Shown here: in pieces, positions 51,736-60,701 of the stretch
Numbering within the stretch: the stretch's first letter is position 1
Layout of the letters: every line of letters begins with the position of its first letter
Source of the DNA: Candidatus Poribacteria bacterium
GTDB lineage: Bacteria > Poribacteria > WGA-4E > WGA-3G
Assembly (NCBI GenBank): GCA_965197475.1
Contig: CBDANF010000003.1
Span: forward strand, 352,001-416,000
DNA: 64,000 nt
Direction of reading: 5' to 3'
Program-made: the position numbers and the translations under genes
Notes under the pieces: model-generated
Database searches by the model: none
What the model was told of the DNA's origin: nothing
Seen by the model: the letters and a program-made list of their open reading frames with translations, nothing else

Positions 51736-54714
51736 CTACCGGTCCAACCCCTTGAGGACTTCATCCCAATCCCACAGAAGGATGGTGCCATCTGCCCCAA
51801 CACTGACAAGCGTTTTGCCATCAGGTGAAAATACCAACTTTTCAATTGATACCGTGTGCCCATCAAGCGTAGCGAGTTCGTCTCCAGTGGCTATATCCAA
51901 TAACTGAATACTGCCTCCTATAAGTCCAGCAGCAAGCACGGTATTATCTGGTGAAAACACTAATGCCTCGTCATATTTATGTGCACGATGGACAATTTCG
52001 TCATTTACTACTACGACAATCTCGGACACTTCCTTAAAGTGAGGTTTTTTCTGACTTCCGAATAAACGTATCTGTTCCCTATTTCCTACTGCAAGTATAG
52101 CACCATCTGAAGAAAACGCCAACGCTGTAATTCGGATTCCTGAATACATAGCGTGAAGTCTTCTATCTACTAATGTATTGCCTATCCCATGTGCTATAAG
52201 GTAGGTGGCTAACACAACACCAGTTTCTGCATCCCACATCTGAACTTTTCCATACGTGGTTCCACTGACAAGTTTTTTTCCATCGGGTGAGAACAGTAAA
52301 GCACTAATCATAGGCACGGACTTATTGGACTTATCGTTCGGATCTGAGAGAGAAATATCAAAATTTTCACCTGTCTCCGTATTCCACATGCGAATTCTAC
52401 CGTGACCGCCGAGAGCTACCGTTTTCCCATCAGGCGAAAAAGCCATTCCTGAAATACTACTACCCTTTGGCTCCGTCAAGCTCGCTAGCTCACGTCCGGT
52501 ACTGACATCAGTCAAGCGGATCAGTTGATGATCTGTGTTGACAAGCTTTGTCCCATCAGGTGAAAACGCTGAAATCCATAACAACTCGCGATGCCCTTTA
52601 GTCTGGAAAGCAGATTCTTGTTGTGTCTTTAGATCCCAAAAGGTAATTATGCCGTTAAATGCTATACTTGCAAGCGTCTTACTATCTTTATAGAAAGCTG
52701 CCCCTTTCAGCCAATTTGTGTGTCCAGAGATGTTTGTCGGTAGGGGATTCCTTGTTTCTGTATCCCAAAACAGAACTTCGCCATCTGCACTTGCACTTGC
52801 AAGTGTGCTACCGTCTGGCGAAAAAGTTAGCGCAGTAATTCTGTTTATATGTCCATCAAGCGTCGCGAGTAGTTTACCTGTAACGGTATCCCACAAGCGA
52901 ACCATTTTTTCGTTACGCCCGATGATGTTACCTCCGCTGGCGAGCATCTTTCCATCAGGAGAGAATGCTAACATTTCTATCCAACCGGTAGGTTTTTGGA
53001 AGGTAATCGGCTTGTTGTTGTTAGCGGTGTCCCATAATTGCAGTGTTGTATGATCGCTCACAGTAGCGAGTCGCGTGCCATCAGGTGAAAACGCCATGGC
53101 TGATACACGGTTGTCCGACCACCTTATACCACCCAACAATTGATCAACCTTTAAATCAATTACATCTCTTAAATCACTTAAATCATTTTCTTCATTTTCT
53201 CTGAGTGTGGATAATTTCTCACCAGTTGTTGTGCTCCACACCTCAATTCCGCTACCACTTCTGCCAATAGCGATTTTATCCTGCGTGAGCGCGTAGACTT
53301 CGTCAACATAACCAGATCGTTTTTCCAATTTATTGACAGTCTGCTGCCCTGTCTCAACATCTAATCTGCTAATTGTGTCTCTTGATTTACGCAAACTGAC
53401 AAGTTTTTTTCCATCTTCAGAAAACCGCATTACTTCCGCAGCAGCCTGTGCATCGTGAGGTGTCACTTTACGAACAGTAACAATCTCCCACAACTCAAGA
53501 CCTCTTTCAAGGCGACTACCACCGCGCGAGGATAAGGGATCGTGACCACTATTTGCAAGGAAGCGACCATCGGGTGAAAAAGCGAGTGATCTGCATATTC
53601 CTGGAAATAGAGAAATTTCCTTACCTGTCTGTACATCATAGAGCCACACACCGATACTACCACCTACCGCGAGTAGCGTGCCATCGGGTGAAAACTGCAT
53701 CGCATTAATTCCGCCCTTTCCTAAACGCGCTTTCGCCTCTTTCTGCAATTCCCATTTTGTCCAATCTTCCGTTATTTCGTCCGCTTGTGCCTCTGCAATT
53801 GCTGCAGGAGCATCGTTAGGTTGCTGTTCAGGGTTGTTACGCTTATCAAGTGCATTAGCATTTCCAATTTGCGTCCGCACCTCAGGTTTGGACTCCAAGT
53901 TCGCGACTATAGGAGCGTCAATAATGTCAACCGTCATCTCTGCGGTAACATCTAAACTATAAGGTTTTTGAAAACACGCCAGGTATCGCTGGTTTCCAAA
54001 ACCGAGCATGAGCAATACCACTGCTAACGTGGAAGCAGCTACTGCCCACGGTATTAAAGGTCTACTGCCGGAAGGTGCAGCAGGTTTCATACGGGAAATC
54101 TCTTGCATGATGCTTTCAGTAAAATTCGGTGTAATTTTGAAATTGTCTAAAGCTTCTCTTATCATCGGTTCCTCCTTCTTTAAACGCTGCTGTGCGCGGT
54201 GAAGTCGACTCTTAACCGTATTTGCCGATACACCTAAAAACGCACCGATCTCTGTACACGACATCTCTCCAAAGTAATGTAGTGTCATGACAGTGCGTTC
54301 ACTTTCCCCAAGTTTCGCAAGCAGTTTTTTGACAACATTGCGTTGTGTTTCTATAGTGATCTGCTCATTTTCCACAACGACATGCTCGGAATAGGTCACT
54401 TTTTCAGGCTGGGCAACGTCCATGCCTTCCAACAACTGCCTCCGCAAATGCTTTTTACGTAACCATGTGCTGCAGCGGTTTGTAGCAATCACATAAAGCC
54501 AGCTTGCAAAACGCTGCGGTTTCTTCAACGTTCCGAGTTCCTGATACGCTTTCAGGAATGCATCCTGCGTAATCTCTTCGGCTATGTGAAAATCTCCGAT
54601 TTTCCGCCACACAAGCGCGTGAACCTGTTTCTGATATTTTTCCACAAGTTCCGCAAAGGCTGTCTCATCGCCATCAAGAATACGGTGGATTAATTGCACA
54701 TCATTGTTTTTCAT
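51736..54714 (-). CDS. ECF sigma-70 factor with TM helix and C-terminal WD40 propellers (copy 2)
   Basis: Same architecture as copy 1; 992 aa. Confidence 0.9.
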   Translation of the reverse strand: MKNNDVQLIHRILDGDETAFAELVEKYQKQVHALVWRKIGDFHIAEEITQDAFLKAYQELGTLKKPQRFASWLYVIATNRCSTWLRKKHLRRQLLEGMDVAQPEKVTYSEHVVVENEQITIETQRNVVKKLLAKLGESERTVMTLHYFGEMSCTEIGAFLGVSANTVKSRLHRAQQRLKKEEPMIREALDNFKITPNFTESIMQEISRMKPAAPSGSRPLIPWAVAASTLAVVLLMLGFGNQRYLACFQKPYSLDVTAEMTVDIIDAPIVANLESKPEVRTQIGNANALDKRNNPEQQPNDAPAAIAEAQADEITEDWTKWELQKEAKARLGKGGINAMQFSPDGTLLAVGGSIGVWLYDVQTGKEISLFPGICRSLAFSPDGRFLANSGHDPLSSRGGSRLERGLELWEIVTVRKVTPHDAQAAAEVMRFSEDGKKLVSLRKSRDTISRLDVETGQQTVNKLEKRSGYVDEVYALTQDKIAIGRSGSGIEVWSTTTGEKLSTLRENEENDLSDLRDVIDLKVDQLLGGIRWSDNRVSAMAFSPDGTRLATVSDHTTLQLWDTANNNKPITFQKPTGWIEMLAFSPDGKMLASGGNIIGRNEKMVRLWDTVTGKLLATLDGHINRITALTFSPDGSTLASASADGEVLFWDTETRNPLPTNISGHTNWLKGAAFYKDSKTLASIAFNGIITFWDLKTQQESAFQTKGHRELLWISAFSPDGTKLVNTDHQLIRLTDVSTGRELASLTEPKGSSISGMAFSPDGKTVALGGHGRIRMWNTETGENFDISLSDPNDKSNKSVPMISALLFSPDGKKLVSGTTYGKVQMWDAETGVVLATYLIAHGIGNTLVDRRLHAMYSGIRITALAFSSDGAILAVGNREQIRLFGSQKKPHFKEVSEIVVVVNDEIVHRAHKYDEALVFSPDNTVLAAGLIGGSIQLLDIATGDELATLDGHTVSIEKLVFSPDGKTLVSVGADGTILLWDWDEVLKGLDR

Positions 54715-54739
54715 AGATCACCTCCGATTTCACCCTATA

Positions 54740-54768
54740 GTGACGCCATGAAACGGTGAAACGGGTGC
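54740..54768 (-). promoter_or_regulatory. Putative ECF promoter GCACCC-N17-CGTCAC (copy 2)
   Basis: Same boxes and 17-bp spacer as copy 1. Confidence 0.55.
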
Positions 54769-54795
54769 ATAATTCTGCAAATAGGAGTGTGTTTA

Positions 54796-54920
54796 TACCA
54801 ATTCTGAAAAATAAAATACCATTACGGAAATTTATGACATTTTGAATGTCCGAGGCGCAATGAATTGCGCGAGGACAAACGCGTTTTTTGTTTATGAGAT
54901 GCTATCATTCAGAAATGGTA
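54796..54920. mobile_element. TA-flanked MITE with TIRs TACCAATTCTGAA / TTCAGAAATGGTA (IS630-like ends); carries a GCGCAATGAATTGCGC REP core
   Basis: TA on both flanks; it begins exactly where similarity to the upstream regions of copies 1 and 3 stops (GTGTGTTTA). Confidence 0.7.
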
Positions 54921-54938
54921 TAACTACACAAATTTATT

Positions 54939-57848
54939 TTATTTTTTTGTTCCGGACGATCCTTTAAGGACTTCATCCCAATCCCACAAAAGAATTGTGC
55001 CATCACCTCCTGCACTAACGAGTGTTTTACCGTCAGGTGAAAATGAGAACACATTCGGTGCGCCAGTGTGTCCACCAAGCGTTTTGAGAACCTTACCGGT
55101 GGTCACATCTCGTAATTGAATTCCACCACCAATCAGACTGAGAATAAGCAAGGTATTATCTGGTGAAAACACCAATCCATCCCAAAACAGATCAGGCTCA
55201 GAGGAAATTTCCTTAAAATGAGGTATTTTCGGACTCCCCAACAGATGAATCTGTCTCATATACACAACAGCAAGTAAGGAACCATCTGAAGAGAAGGTCA
55301 AATTCATAAGGGCTCCAGATTTCGGAGGCGGCTTATCAAAGAAGGATGTTAAGTGAACCCCAGTTTTAGCATCCCACATCTGAACTTTTCCGTCACTGGT
55401 TCCTGCTACAAGTTTGTTACCGTCCGGAGAGAAGGCAGCAGCACTGATCCATGCAGGTTGATCCGAAAAACGAATATCAAGAGTTTTATCTGTTTCTGTA
55501 TTCCACAAGCGAATTTTACCGTAGGTACCCCTGTGAGCACTGAACACTACCGTTTTGCCATCTGGAGAAAAAGTTAGATTTGGAGTAACATTTTCGTTAG
55601 AATACGTCAAGCTGGTCAACTCACGTCCGGTGGTGACATCAATCAAGCGAATCCGTGAAGTCGTTCCCAGAGGTTCAGTCGGGGTGTTTAGTATACCCTT
55701 GCTGGCAAGTTTTGTTCCATCGGGTGAAAACGCCAATGGGATGGCTTCTAAACAGTACCTCGTATTCTCAAAAGCAGTTTTAGTTCGGTGTGTGGTTCTT
55801 TGTGATGTCTCCAAATCCCATAAAGTGATTATTCCGCTATAAGCAACACTTGCGAGCGTGGAACTACCATTCATGAAACTTATTATTTCCAATTCATCGG
55901 TGTGTTCTGTAATTTTTGGCGGTAACTGATCTCCTGTTTTGATATTCCAATACAGGACAGTACCATCTTCACTTGCACTCGCGAGTATGCCGCCATCTGG
56001 TGAAAACGCTAAATAGTGAACGAGACCGATATGCCCTTTAAAGGTTGTGATCAATTCACCGGTGGTAGTATCCCACAATTTCACATTCTGACCTTCTCCA
56101 CAGGCAAGGATTTTTCCATCCGGAGAGAATAACAGGACATTTGGACCATCAACTAGCTCCTGAGTGGATCGCAACAGCACTCGACTTAGCGATTGTTTTT
56201 GGAGGAGGATAGGTTCATCGTTGCCTGTAGTATCCCATAAACGTACGGTTCTATCTTGTTTTCCACTGGCAAGGCGCGTGCCATCCGGTGAAAATGCCAA
56301 GGATATAACACGGTTAAAACCTATTCCTTTAACACCCTCTGCTTGAAGCCTTTCTGCTGGTCCTGTGAGTGTAGACACCTTTTTACCAGACTTTGAGTTC
56401 CACAACTCAAGTATTCCACTATCTTCAACTATCGCGACTTTGTCGTGTGTGAGCGCGTAGACTTCACGGGGATGTGAATCCAGTCGATTTTCAATCTTCT
56501 TAACATTACTCTTTCCGGTATCTGTATCTACCCAACAGATAGTATCTCCTGATTTATTCAGACTGACAAGTGTCTTGCTGTCTTTAGAGAACCAAAACGT
56601 AGATGCAGCAGGCAGCGAATCGTGTAGCGTTACTTTTTGACCTGTAGCTACCTCCCACAACGTAGTGGAGTCACCCCCACCATTGACAAGGAAACGACCA
56701 TCGGGTGAAAATGCCAAGGATCTGCATATTCCCGGGAATAGCGATATCTCCTTACCAGTGTTTACATCATACAACCATACACCTATACCACTACCAACAG
56801 CAAGTTGCTTACCATCTGGGGAAAACTGAATCCCTGTAATCCAACTTTTTCCCAAACGCGCTTTTGCCTTTTTCGGCAATTCCCATTGCGTATAATCTTT
56901 CACGGTTTCCTCCGTTTGTGTTTCTTCAGTTAATGTTGCGATGTTATCATTCGGCTGCTTTTCAGGATCATTTAGCTTTGCCAATGCGTTGGTATTTTTG
57001 ATTTGCGTCCGCACATCTGGTTTGAATTCCAAGTTCGCTACTATAGGTGCATCAATGATGTCAACCGTCATCTCTGCAGAGGCATCGAAACTATAAGGTT
57101 TCTGAAAACGTGCTAAAAATTTACTGTTTCCAAAACCCAACATTAGCAACATCACGACAACTGTTGAAGCAGAAATTAACCATGGCACGAACGGTTTGCT
57201 GCCAGACGGTGTGATAGGTTTTGTTTGTGAAATCTTACGCATGATGTTTTCTGTCAGATTTGGTGTGATTTTGAAATTGTCTAAAGCTTCTCTTATCATC
57301 GGTTCCTCCTTCTTTAAACGCTGCTGTGCGCGGTGAAGTCGACTCTTAACCGTATTTGCCGATACACCTAAAAACGCACCGATCTCTGTACACGACATCT
57401 CTCCGAAGTAATGTAGTGTCATGACAGTGCGTTCACTTTCCCCAAGTTTCGCAAGCAGTTTTTTGACAACATCGCGTTGGGTTTCTATAGTGATCTGCTC
57501 ATTTTCCACAACTATATGCTCGGAATAGGTCACTTTTTCAGGCTGGGCAACGTCCATGCCCTCTAACAACTGTCTCCGCAAATGCTTTTTACGCAACCAT
57601 GTGCTGCAGCGGTTTGTAGCAATCACATAAAGCCAGCTTGCAAAACGCTGCGGTTTTTTCAACGTTCCGAGTTTCTGATACGCTTTCAGGAATGTATCCT
57701 GCGTAATCTCTTCGGCTATGTGAAAATCTCCGATTTTCCGCCACACAAGCGCGTGAACCTGCTTCTGATATTTCTCTACAAGTTCCGCGAAAGCTGCCTC
57801 ATCGCCATCAAGAATACTTTGGATTAATTGAGAATCACTGTTTTTCAT
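54939..57848 (-). CDS. ECF sigma-70 factor with TM helix and C-terminal WD40 propellers (copy 3)
   Basis: Same architecture as copy 1; 969 aa; sigma domain nearly identical to copy 2. Confidence 0.9.
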   Translation of the reverse strand: MKNSDSQLIQSILDGDEAAFAELVEKYQKQVHALVWRKIGDFHIAEEITQDTFLKAYQKLGTLKKPQRFASWLYVIATNRCSTWLRKKHLRRQLLEGMDVAQPEKVTYSEHIVVENEQITIETQRDVVKKLLAKLGESERTVMTLHYFGEMSCTEIGAFLGVSANTVKSRLHRAQQRLKKEEPMIREALDNFKITPNLTENIMRKISQTKPITPSGSKPFVPWLISASTVVVMLLMLGFGNSKFLARFQKPYSFDASAEMTVDIIDAPIVANLEFKPDVRTQIKNTNALAKLNDPEKQPNDNIATLTEETQTEETVKDYTQWELPKKAKARLGKSWITGIQFSPDGKQLAVGSGIGVWLYDVNTGKEISLFPGICRSLAFSPDGRFLVNGGGDSTTLWEVATGQKVTLHDSLPAASTFWFSKDSKTLVSLNKSGDTICWVDTDTGKSNVKKIENRLDSHPREVYALTHDKVAIVEDSGILELWNSKSGKKVSTLTGPAERLQAEGVKGIGFNRVISLAFSPDGTRLASGKQDRTVRLWDTTGNDEPILLQKQSLSRVLLRSTQELVDGPNVLLFSPDGKILACGEGQNVKLWDTTTGELITTFKGHIGLVHYLAFSPDGGILASASEDGTVLYWNIKTGDQLPPKITEHTDELEIISFMNGSSTLASVAYSGIITLWDLETSQRTTHRTKTAFENTRYCLEAIPLAFSPDGTKLASKGILNTPTEPLGTTSRIRLIDVTTGRELTSLTYSNENVTPNLTFSPDGKTVVFSAHRGTYGKIRLWNTETDKTLDIRFSDQPAWISAAAFSPDGNKLVAGTSDGKVQMWDAKTGVHLTSFFDKPPPKSGALMNLTFSSDGSLLAVVYMRQIHLLGSPKIPHFKEISSEPDLFWDGLVFSPDNTLLILSLIGGGIQLRDVTTGKVLKTLGGHTGAPNVFSFSPDGKTLVSAGGDGTILLWDWDEVLKGSSGTKK

Positions 57849-57873
57849 GGATCACCTCCGATTTCACCCTATA

Positions 57874-57902
57874 GTGACACCATGAAACGGTGAAATGGGT
57901 GC
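57874..57902 (-). promoter_or_regulatory. Putative ECF promoter GCACCC-N17-TGTCAC (copy 3)
   Basis: Same -35 box and 17-bp spacer as copies 1 and 2, with TGTCAC in place of CGTCAC. Confidence 0.5.
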
Positions 57903-58102
57903 ATAATTCTGCAAATAGGAGTGTGTTTAGATAAGAGAGTAAGAGATTTATTTTACAAATATGAAATCTAAAGGGAAATTATAGCGGACTCTATCAAAAG
58001 TATCGTCCGTTAGCGAATTATATTTCTTCTGTTAGTAGAATTATACCATAAATCTGGTTTTTGGATGGATTTTCTAAAAGAATTAGGTTTCATGGAAAGT
58101 TC
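57903..58102 (-). repeat. ~200-bp upstream region duplicated at 51362-51561, containing an extended -10 (TGGTATAAT)
   Basis: Long near-identical blocks (GATAAGAGAGTAAGAGATTT, AGCGGACTCTATCAAAA, GTTAGTAGAATTATACCATAAATCTGG). Confidence 0.85.
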
Positions 58103-58105
58103 TTA

Positions 58106-58600
58106 TACCAATTCTTGTATATTTATCCTTTTAAAAATTTTCAATTTCTGCTACACTTTTTCAATTTTACAAATCATAGGATTGACACCAATGAACATAA
58201 AGCCTCCACAGATTACAGAAAGTATTTCAGGGTTGAAATGTCATGGCTCAATAGTGTCCGTTTCCAAATATTCATTGATAAGTTCGCAAAAACCTTTCCA
58301 GAGACGCTAAATATCCTTGTGCTTGATAATGGTCGTTTTCATCAGGCGAAATCCCTACAACTTCCTGACAATATTGCTTTGCTTTTTCTACCCCGTTATA
58401 GTCCAGAGTTGAACCCGATCGAAAGGTTCTGGCAAGACTTTAAAGCCAAGTTGTTTCAGCACGCGTGGGAGTCAATAGAGTAAATGCAGGAAAAATCACA
58501 CAAGTTTTGAAAAATTATACTCAGGCAGCTATTGCCCAAATCACAAATTTTAGTTATTTCACGAAAGTCGAAAATGAGATATAATTATTAAGAAATGGAA
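58106..58600 (+). mobile_element. Internally deleted IS630-family element (transposase pseudogene)
   Basis: DDE_3 motifs LVLDNGRFH and FLPRYSPELNPIERFW; in-frame stop at 58481; N-terminal remnant MNIKPPQITES at 58191; ends TACCAATTCTT / AAGAAATGGAA. Confidence 0.8.
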
Positions 58601-58607
58601 CTACCCA

Positions 58608-59630
58608 ATGAGCAAACCTACAAAAATCGGTATCGGTGTAATCGGTACTGGACGCATCGGTAAACTCCATATTGAACACCTCTCCCAAAATATACCCGAA
58701 GCAGAACTCGCCGCGATTTGTAGTTTGGACACCAAAACAGCAGAAAACCTCGCCGAACAGTTCAATATCCCTAAAGTAACCTCAGATTATCCCACTCTTT
58801 TAACTGATTCACAGATTGATGCTGTTGTTGTCGCCTCTTCAACGGATAGCCACGTCGAAATATGTCAAGCTGCAGCTGAGGCAGGCAAGCATATCTTTTG
58901 CGAAAAACCGATCGCCTTAGATTTGGAACAGATTGACGAAATCTTAGCGGTTGTTGAAAAAGCAGGAATGAAGTTTCAGGTCGGTTTTAATCGTAGGTTT
59001 GATGCAAGTTTCAGATGGGTGCGCGAGGCAGTCGCCTCTGGTGAGATTGGCGAACCGCACATTCTGCATATTACAAGTCGAGACCCGGCACCCCCACCGA
59101 TAGAATATGTCAAAGTATCTGGTGGGATTTTCCTTGATATGACCATCCATGATTTCGATATGGCGCGGTATCTAATTGGCAACGAGGTGGTCGAGATATT
59201 TGCTGTAGGTTGTGTGCGCGTTGATCCGAAAATCGGTGAGGCAGGAGACATTGACACCGCACTAATAACACTGCGCTTCCAAAACGGAGTTCTCGCAACC
59301 ATTGATAATAGCAGAGAGGCTGTCTACGGCTATGATCAGCGTGTAGAGGTTTTCGGTTCAAAGGGAATGATTACGGCAGGGAATCCATTGACAGATACTG
59401 TAACTTTCAGCGGGAGTGCGGGGAGTCGCACGGCATCGCCGCCATACTTTTTTGTGGAACGCTACAAGGAGACATATTTGTCTGAATTGCGTGCGTTCAT
59501 ACGATGTATTCAAGAGGATACGCAACCGCCAGTTACGGGTGCAGATGGTCGCGCACCTATTGTGATGGGTTATGCCGCTTTAAAATCGCTGCGTGAAAAT
59601 CGTCCAGTCCTATTGTCGGAAATCTTGTAG
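58608..59630 (+). CDS. iolG: Inositol 2-dehydrogenase
   Basis: GVIGTGRIG, FCEKPI, GFNRRFD, SRDP, GGIFLDMTIHDFD, YGYDQRVEVFG. Confidence 0.9.
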   Translation: MSKPTKIGIGVIGTGRIGKLHIEHLSQNIPEAELAAICSLDTKTAENLAEQFNIPKVTSDYPTLLTDSQIDAVVVASSTDSHVEICQAAAEAGKHIFCEKPIALDLEQIDEILAVVEKAGMKFQVGFNRRFDASFRWVREAVASGEIGEPHILHITSRDPAPPPIEYVKVSGGIFLDMTIHDFDMARYLIGNEVVEIFAVGCVRVDPKIGEAGDIDTALITLRFQNGVLATIDNSREAVYGYDQRVEVFGSKGMITAGNPLTDTVTFSGSAGSRTASPPYFFVERYKETYLSELRAFIRCIQEDTQPPVTGADGRAPIVMGYAALKSLRENRPVLLSEIL

Positions 59631-59644
59631 TAACACAAAAAGGG

Positions 59645-60376
59645 CTACTCGTGACCACCAACTTCCCCAACCTCAATTTCAATCTCATCACGGTTTCGAA
59701 TCCGCTCCACAAGTCCGTCCCGAATATCCACAATGCGGTCAGAGACATCAAGCATTTTCAGGTCGTGTGTTGCTGAAATCACGGTAACCCCTTGTTCCGT
59801 GTTCAACTGTTTGATGAGATCAATAATCTCGCGCCCCGTAATCGTATCAAGGTTAGCCGTGGGTTCGTCAGCAAGGATAATGCTGGGGTCATTGGCAAGT
59901 GCTCTGGCAATCGCAACACGTTGACGTTGACCGCCTGAGAGTTCATCGGGCAGGTGATACATCCTGTCTCCTAACCCCACTCTATCAAGCAGTTTTTCTG
60001 CCTTTTCATTTCGTTGTTTTTCTGGGATACCAGCAAAAATCATCGGTAATGTAACATTACCGTGTGCGGTGCGTACATTCAACAAGTTGTAACTCTGAAA
60101 GATATAGCCGACGCGGTGGCACCGAAACGCTGCAATCTGCCTTTGTGATAGGTGTGACATATTTTGCCCATCAATGAAAACCTGTCCTTCAGTTGGTCGG
60201 TCAAGCGCGCCAATCATGTTAAAGAGGGTAGATTTGCCGGAGCCAGAGGGTCCCATCAATGAGATATATTCTCCGCGTTGGATTTCGATATTGATACCGT
60301 CCAAAGCGCGAAGGACGTTTGAACCCATTCGGTACTCTTTGACGACATCCTCAGTTTTTACAACGATATCCGGCAT
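59645..60376 (-). CDS. ABC ATPase (LolD/MacB-like)
   Basis: GPSGSGKST, LSGGQRQRVAIARAL, ADEPTANLD, ATHD. Confidence 0.92.
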   Translation of the reverse strand: MPDIVVKTEDVVKEYRMGSNVLRALDGINIEIQRGEYISLMGPSGSGKSTLFNMIGALDRPTEGQVFIDGQNMSHLSQRQIAAFRCHRVGYIFQSYNLLNVRTAHGNVTLPMIFAGIPEKQRNEKAEKLLDRVGLGDRMYHLPDELSGGQRQRVAIARALANDPSIILADEPTANLDTITGREIIDLIKQLNTEQGVTVISATHDLKMLDVSDRIVDIRDGLVERIRNRDEIEIEVGEVGGHE

Positions 60377-60559
60377 AATAAGTCCTTTTTGCTATTCCCT
60401 AAACGATAATTAGTAAGCGCGCTATCAATGGTGTTCAATAATTTAGAGGCTGTAAAGTTTTTGGCAAATATTGCCATTTTCTTTTATTGTAGAGCGGATT
60501 CTCAAAATTATATATAATCTGAAAAGGTAGGCAGCCCCAACGGGGCGAAATGTGTATAA

Positions 60560-60647
60560 TACCAAATTAACCCGATTTGTAGCGCGAGGTCTCTGTGCCT
60601 CGCAATGCTAACTTTATCAGAAAAATACTATTCAAGTTAATTTGGTA
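60560..60647. mobile_element. MITE with TIRs TACCAAATTAAC carrying a GTAGCGCGAGG..CCTCGC REP-like palindrome; preceded by a GCCCCAACGGGGC hairpin (60527-60558)
   Basis: Same TIRs, near-identical length (88 vs 89 bp) and the same internal CAGAAAAATA as 21192-21280. Confidence 0.7.
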
Positions 60648-60701
60648 TAACATTTGAAAACCAAGCCTATCATGTCTTAATAATTTTGAGTCAACTATAG
60701 A

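Noticed and set aside
48322-57848. Diversity-generating retroelement acting on the WD40 genes
   Set aside because: There is no reverse transcriptase in the window and no template/variable repeat pair with adenine-specific mismatches. Differences between copies involve all bases and indels.
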